DNA from: Haplodiscus bocki
Taxonomy: Eukaryota
Direction of reading: 5' to 3'
DNA: 64,000 nt
Assembly (NCBI GenBank): GCA_965655095.1
Contig: OZ296653.1
Span: 83,266,001-83,330,000, forward strand
Shown here: one piece after another, positions 60,951-64,000 of the stretch
How the letters are laid out: every line of letters begins with the position of its first letter
How positions within the stretch are numbered: the first letter of the stretch is position 1
Notes under the pieces: generated by a model
Databases searched by the model: none
What the model saw: the letters and a program-made list of their open reading frames with translations, nothing else
What the model was told of the DNA's origin: nothing
Translations under genes and position numbers: made by a program

Positions 60951-63066
60951 CTAGTCAAACAGTGGAAAGAGCCGTAGTGGGGTGATGAATAATCGGGTAA
61001 AGGTGTTCTTCTTTTTTGTTTTTTTTTCATCTATTGGATCTCTGGTCACTTCCTCTAGTCTAGTAGCTGTTGGCTCAGGTTCTAACGCCTGCAGAAGAGG
61101 AACTTGGGGATTGAATACTGACGCTAGAATAGAAGTTATAAAAAAATTGCAAGAAGCGCTCATGAGTGTCTTGCCAAATCCATGTGATGCACCAGTAAGA
61201 CGCCGAATTTCCATTTGTGTTCAGACCATAACTATGAAGTCGTTGATCAACTTGATGAACAAAAAACAAAAGAAGTAAAATCCACAGATGTCCACAACAT
61301 AGACGGTTGATCCGAAAGTGTTCATAAATTGATTTTTGAAGTAAATAGGGGAAATAAATTTGTCCACATAGAAGTCCGTGCACGGAGCATATTAGGAATA
61401 TTGTTCTGGTTCATGAATTGCCGTGTTGGGGACGAAGAGTTCGCGAGAGAATTTTTCAAAAGCTTTCTGTGAAGCAGCGCCGGTAAGAATTTTGTCCAAA
61501 ATTCAGATAACAGTGCTCACGTGTAGACTCCAACATCCCCTGCTCCACCAAAAGCACTTCTGGATACAGGAGTCACATCTTCTGGTCCAAATACTGCTGC
61601 TCGTTTCCTAGTTTCTTGAGTGGGTGTGATAGTGAACTAAGAGTTCTCGTCTTCCATGTCGAATTGAAAGAGATTCTTAATCCGGTCAGGTCAATTTTGA
61701 ACTTGGGCATCTGGAAAAGTTTGTCTGGTGATTGGGTCGGCAAGGAGGATGGCATTTTTGTAGGAAATAGGGATTTCATCGTGACATTGGTTCATCACAT
61801 GCGGCGGAGAACGAATCAAGGGGTAGCGATATAGCCCAAGTGAGGCTGCCATCAGTACTCAGGAACATAGAGCGAATCCCAGTTAACATATAGCCAGCTA
61901 AACGTGGGTTCTCCATCAAAAGCATCAAAATAGTCAACATTTGTGTTCTTTCTTTTTCGCGTAGATTCTTCAAAAGCTGTATCTCGGAGCCTTCGAGCAT
62001 CTTTGAGCTTTCAAAAAATAGACAATCCAGTTGCGTACCTTGAAGGAGTTCATAATCCAGGTTGATCTACTGAGGTGTTCCTGGCTTAAGTTCATCTGTA
62101 TGGGGTTACTCAAGTTTGTGTTCAAATGGCCTGCCCTCAGACGACACTGATGGCTGTTAGTACTATAAGTGTTGTGTTCCCCCTGAAAATGCCGTTTTTA
62201 TCCCAAGGGCCAGATCAACTCCACCACAGTCGATAACCAAGTATAACCAATCGTAGTTGGTCGAGTAACCTTGTACTGGTTTCTTGCAAAAATTTGTGGT
62301 TCCAGTTTTTTCTCGAAGAGATACTGGCTGGTGTTGTTACGTCCACTGGCAAAACACGCAATTGTGCGGGGCGTCCCATGTGTATGCGTAAGGGTCGAAC
62401 GAGGTGGTGTCACATGCGAGTTTTTCCAGGGGGCAAGGTAATTGCAATCCATCTTACCTCATAACTTTGCCTTACTTAGTGCGTTCTTTAAACACGGCGT
62501 CTTGTACATTGCCTTCGAAAGTCTTCCGGTTCACCGATCCATATAAGTGGCATTCATTTTTGTATTTGTCGCTGAAGTCCGCTCCATCGTCATCAAAACC
62601 TTTTTGTTTTACAACCGTTGTTTTTGTTCCCTTCTTGAACTCGAGTGTCTCATCCTTTAAAATGATTGAACCTCCATTCGCTAAGATTCTGCATTGAGAT
62701 GCTGTGACAGGTAAGTCTTCTGTTATTCTTCTTGCATGATGAAGGTCCATGCTTTCGTCGTCTCCATACCCACAGTGCCATTGTTTGCTCTGATGTTTGA
62801 CTCTACAGACTTTTGCGTTGATTTCTTGTCGAAAATGTTTTGTATATACGTCGTGAAATTGCTCTACTGACTTCTAGGTTCTCTGGAGGAATGTTGCATT
62901 TGGAAACCTGGTTCAGGGCGTGGAGGCTGGTTTCTGTCTTTTCTCCAAAGTCCTAATGTGTAACTTGAAGTTGGGAGGCTATGTTGTGCAAGTCTGCGTT
63001 TTCGAGCTTGCTATTTGTGAAACTGGCCAATATAAATAAGAACACGACCTGGTTTCTAACATCCAT
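60951..63066 (-). pseudogene. Envelope glycoprotein, chuvirus-like (class III fusion) type
   Basis: Signal peptide MDVRNQVVFLFILASFTNS; degenerate YDC motif (TH*DFGE); WHCGYGD, SQCRIL, LPCPL...CDTT..DPYAYTW, ENPRLAGYML, FPDPITRQTF; C-terminal TM VVDICGFYFFCFLFIKL. Confidence 0.75.
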
Positions 63067-63299
63067 TGCTTTAGCAAATGGGAAGGGTGGAGTGGAATGT
63101 CTCGTCACAGCTATCAAAAAAATGGAGACACAGGACAAAAAACAGCCGTAATATATTTTACCGGCTACTTTTCGTAGGCATCAACACCAAGCGGTAGCAC
63201 TATGATTATAGAGTCGGTACACTACTCTATGAAACGACGTTGAAATTTTTATAAAGTGTGGTGGACTAAAACAGGTATCGCCAAAAAAGTGCCGAGAAA

Positions 63300-63978
63300 T
63301 AAATTGATCTTACTTCCACCATAGGTAAGTTGATTTGTAGATCCCAGTTGGCTTTTAGCGTCCAACTATCAGGGTTTTGCTTAGTGTCGGAGCAGACTGG
63401 TTGATTGTTATGTATTGCCAAGACTTCGTAGGGTTTGTGAACGACTCACCTACCTTCTTCGCCTATTGTCTGAGTGCCAGGTTGTAGAGATTGCAAGTTC
63501 CGTGTAATAAATTGATCAGTGACAAACCAGTATAGGTCCCAAGGTTAACCTGCAAATACGCCAAGAAATCTACCAAATTTTGGTTTTCCGTCATGTCCAA
63601 AATCGAAGTGGCCAAGTTCCGACTGGCGATTGTGAGAGTCACAAAGAGATTGGCGAATCTTACTATGTGGGCAGGTATTGGGATGACGACTACAATCGGT
63701 AGATTGTCAACCTGGTCAAATCTTTCTTCGACGGGACTTCCGTCAGGTAGCCAAAGGATATTATAATTTTAAGCTCTCCCAAGTAAGTTGAAGTCCCGGT
63801 GCAAAGAAAAACTATTCTGGTGAGTGGTGTGTTTGTGTTCGACTGTGAGGTTGATACTTCTAATTGATGGATTCAGATGATGAGTTCCTCCATTCCACAC
63901 TCCAGGTCTCGTGGAATAAAAATGTCTCCTGCGAACAGTCATCTGATGTGTTTGTAGACGACTGATGTTGGTGGACAC
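63300..63978 (-). pseudogene. Unknown accessory ORF upstream of env
   Basis: The frame of 63769-63978 reads on through a stop as ILWLPDGSPVEERFDQVDNLPIVVVIPIP..LVDFLAYLQVNLG. No RT/IN motifs. Confidence 0.4.
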
Positions 63979-64000
63979 TTGTAAACTTCCAGATTCCCGT

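Larger units (their letters stand above)
56527..64000 (-). mobile_element. 3' part of an env-bearing LTR-retroelement-like provirus; gag/pol not in the window
   Basis: Co-oriented decayed intronless ORFs (unknown ORF, glycoprotein, Pro/Ser-rich ORF, TRAF-like) followed by an LTR candidate. Confidence 0.7.

Noticed and set aside
63140-64000. Integrase/pol C-terminus of the retroelement
   Set aside because: No DDE, GPY/F or chromodomain motifs seen, so the superfamily cannot be assigned from this window.

Overview
Eukaryotic genomic DNA, not prokaryotic: it has GT-AG introns and is probably from a fast-evolving invertebrate animal (inference). A small housekeeping island is embedded in decayed viral and transposon DNA. 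(1) 1-~16.8 kb: a very AT-rich, multiply disrupted Maverick/Polinton (adintovirus-like) endogenous virus. It carries a packaging ATPase, penton, major capsid, adenain protease, fibre-like gene, HNH nuclease, rve integrase and protein-primed PolB, and ends in a ~155-bp tandem array. Its genes share a TAAATG start context, and four non-structural genes share a fixed-spacing CATTTCAA-N18/19-ATG motif. (2) 19.6-33.7 kb: two intact, co-oriented SSU-processome WD40 genes, UTP4 (4 exons) and WDR3/UTP12 (2 exons), separated by a ~1.8-kb-unit tandem array that looks like an amplified LINE endonuclease relic. (3) 36.9-41.1 kb: LINE relics. (4) 41.2-53.35 kb: a second, older Maverick of a different type, with a duplicated ATPase block and an ACTACT terminus. 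(5) 54.1-55.1 kb: tRNA-derived Pol III boxes followed by a ~120-bp satellite. (6) 56.5-64 kb, minus strand: the 3' part of an enveloped LTR-retroelement-like provirus with a chuvirus-like glycoprotein gene, a RING-less coiled-coil+MATH (TRAF-like) gene and a ~2.1-kb LTR candidate. Region 6 is the best candidate for an undescribed system. All protein assignments come from motif recognition by eye; no database searches were run.
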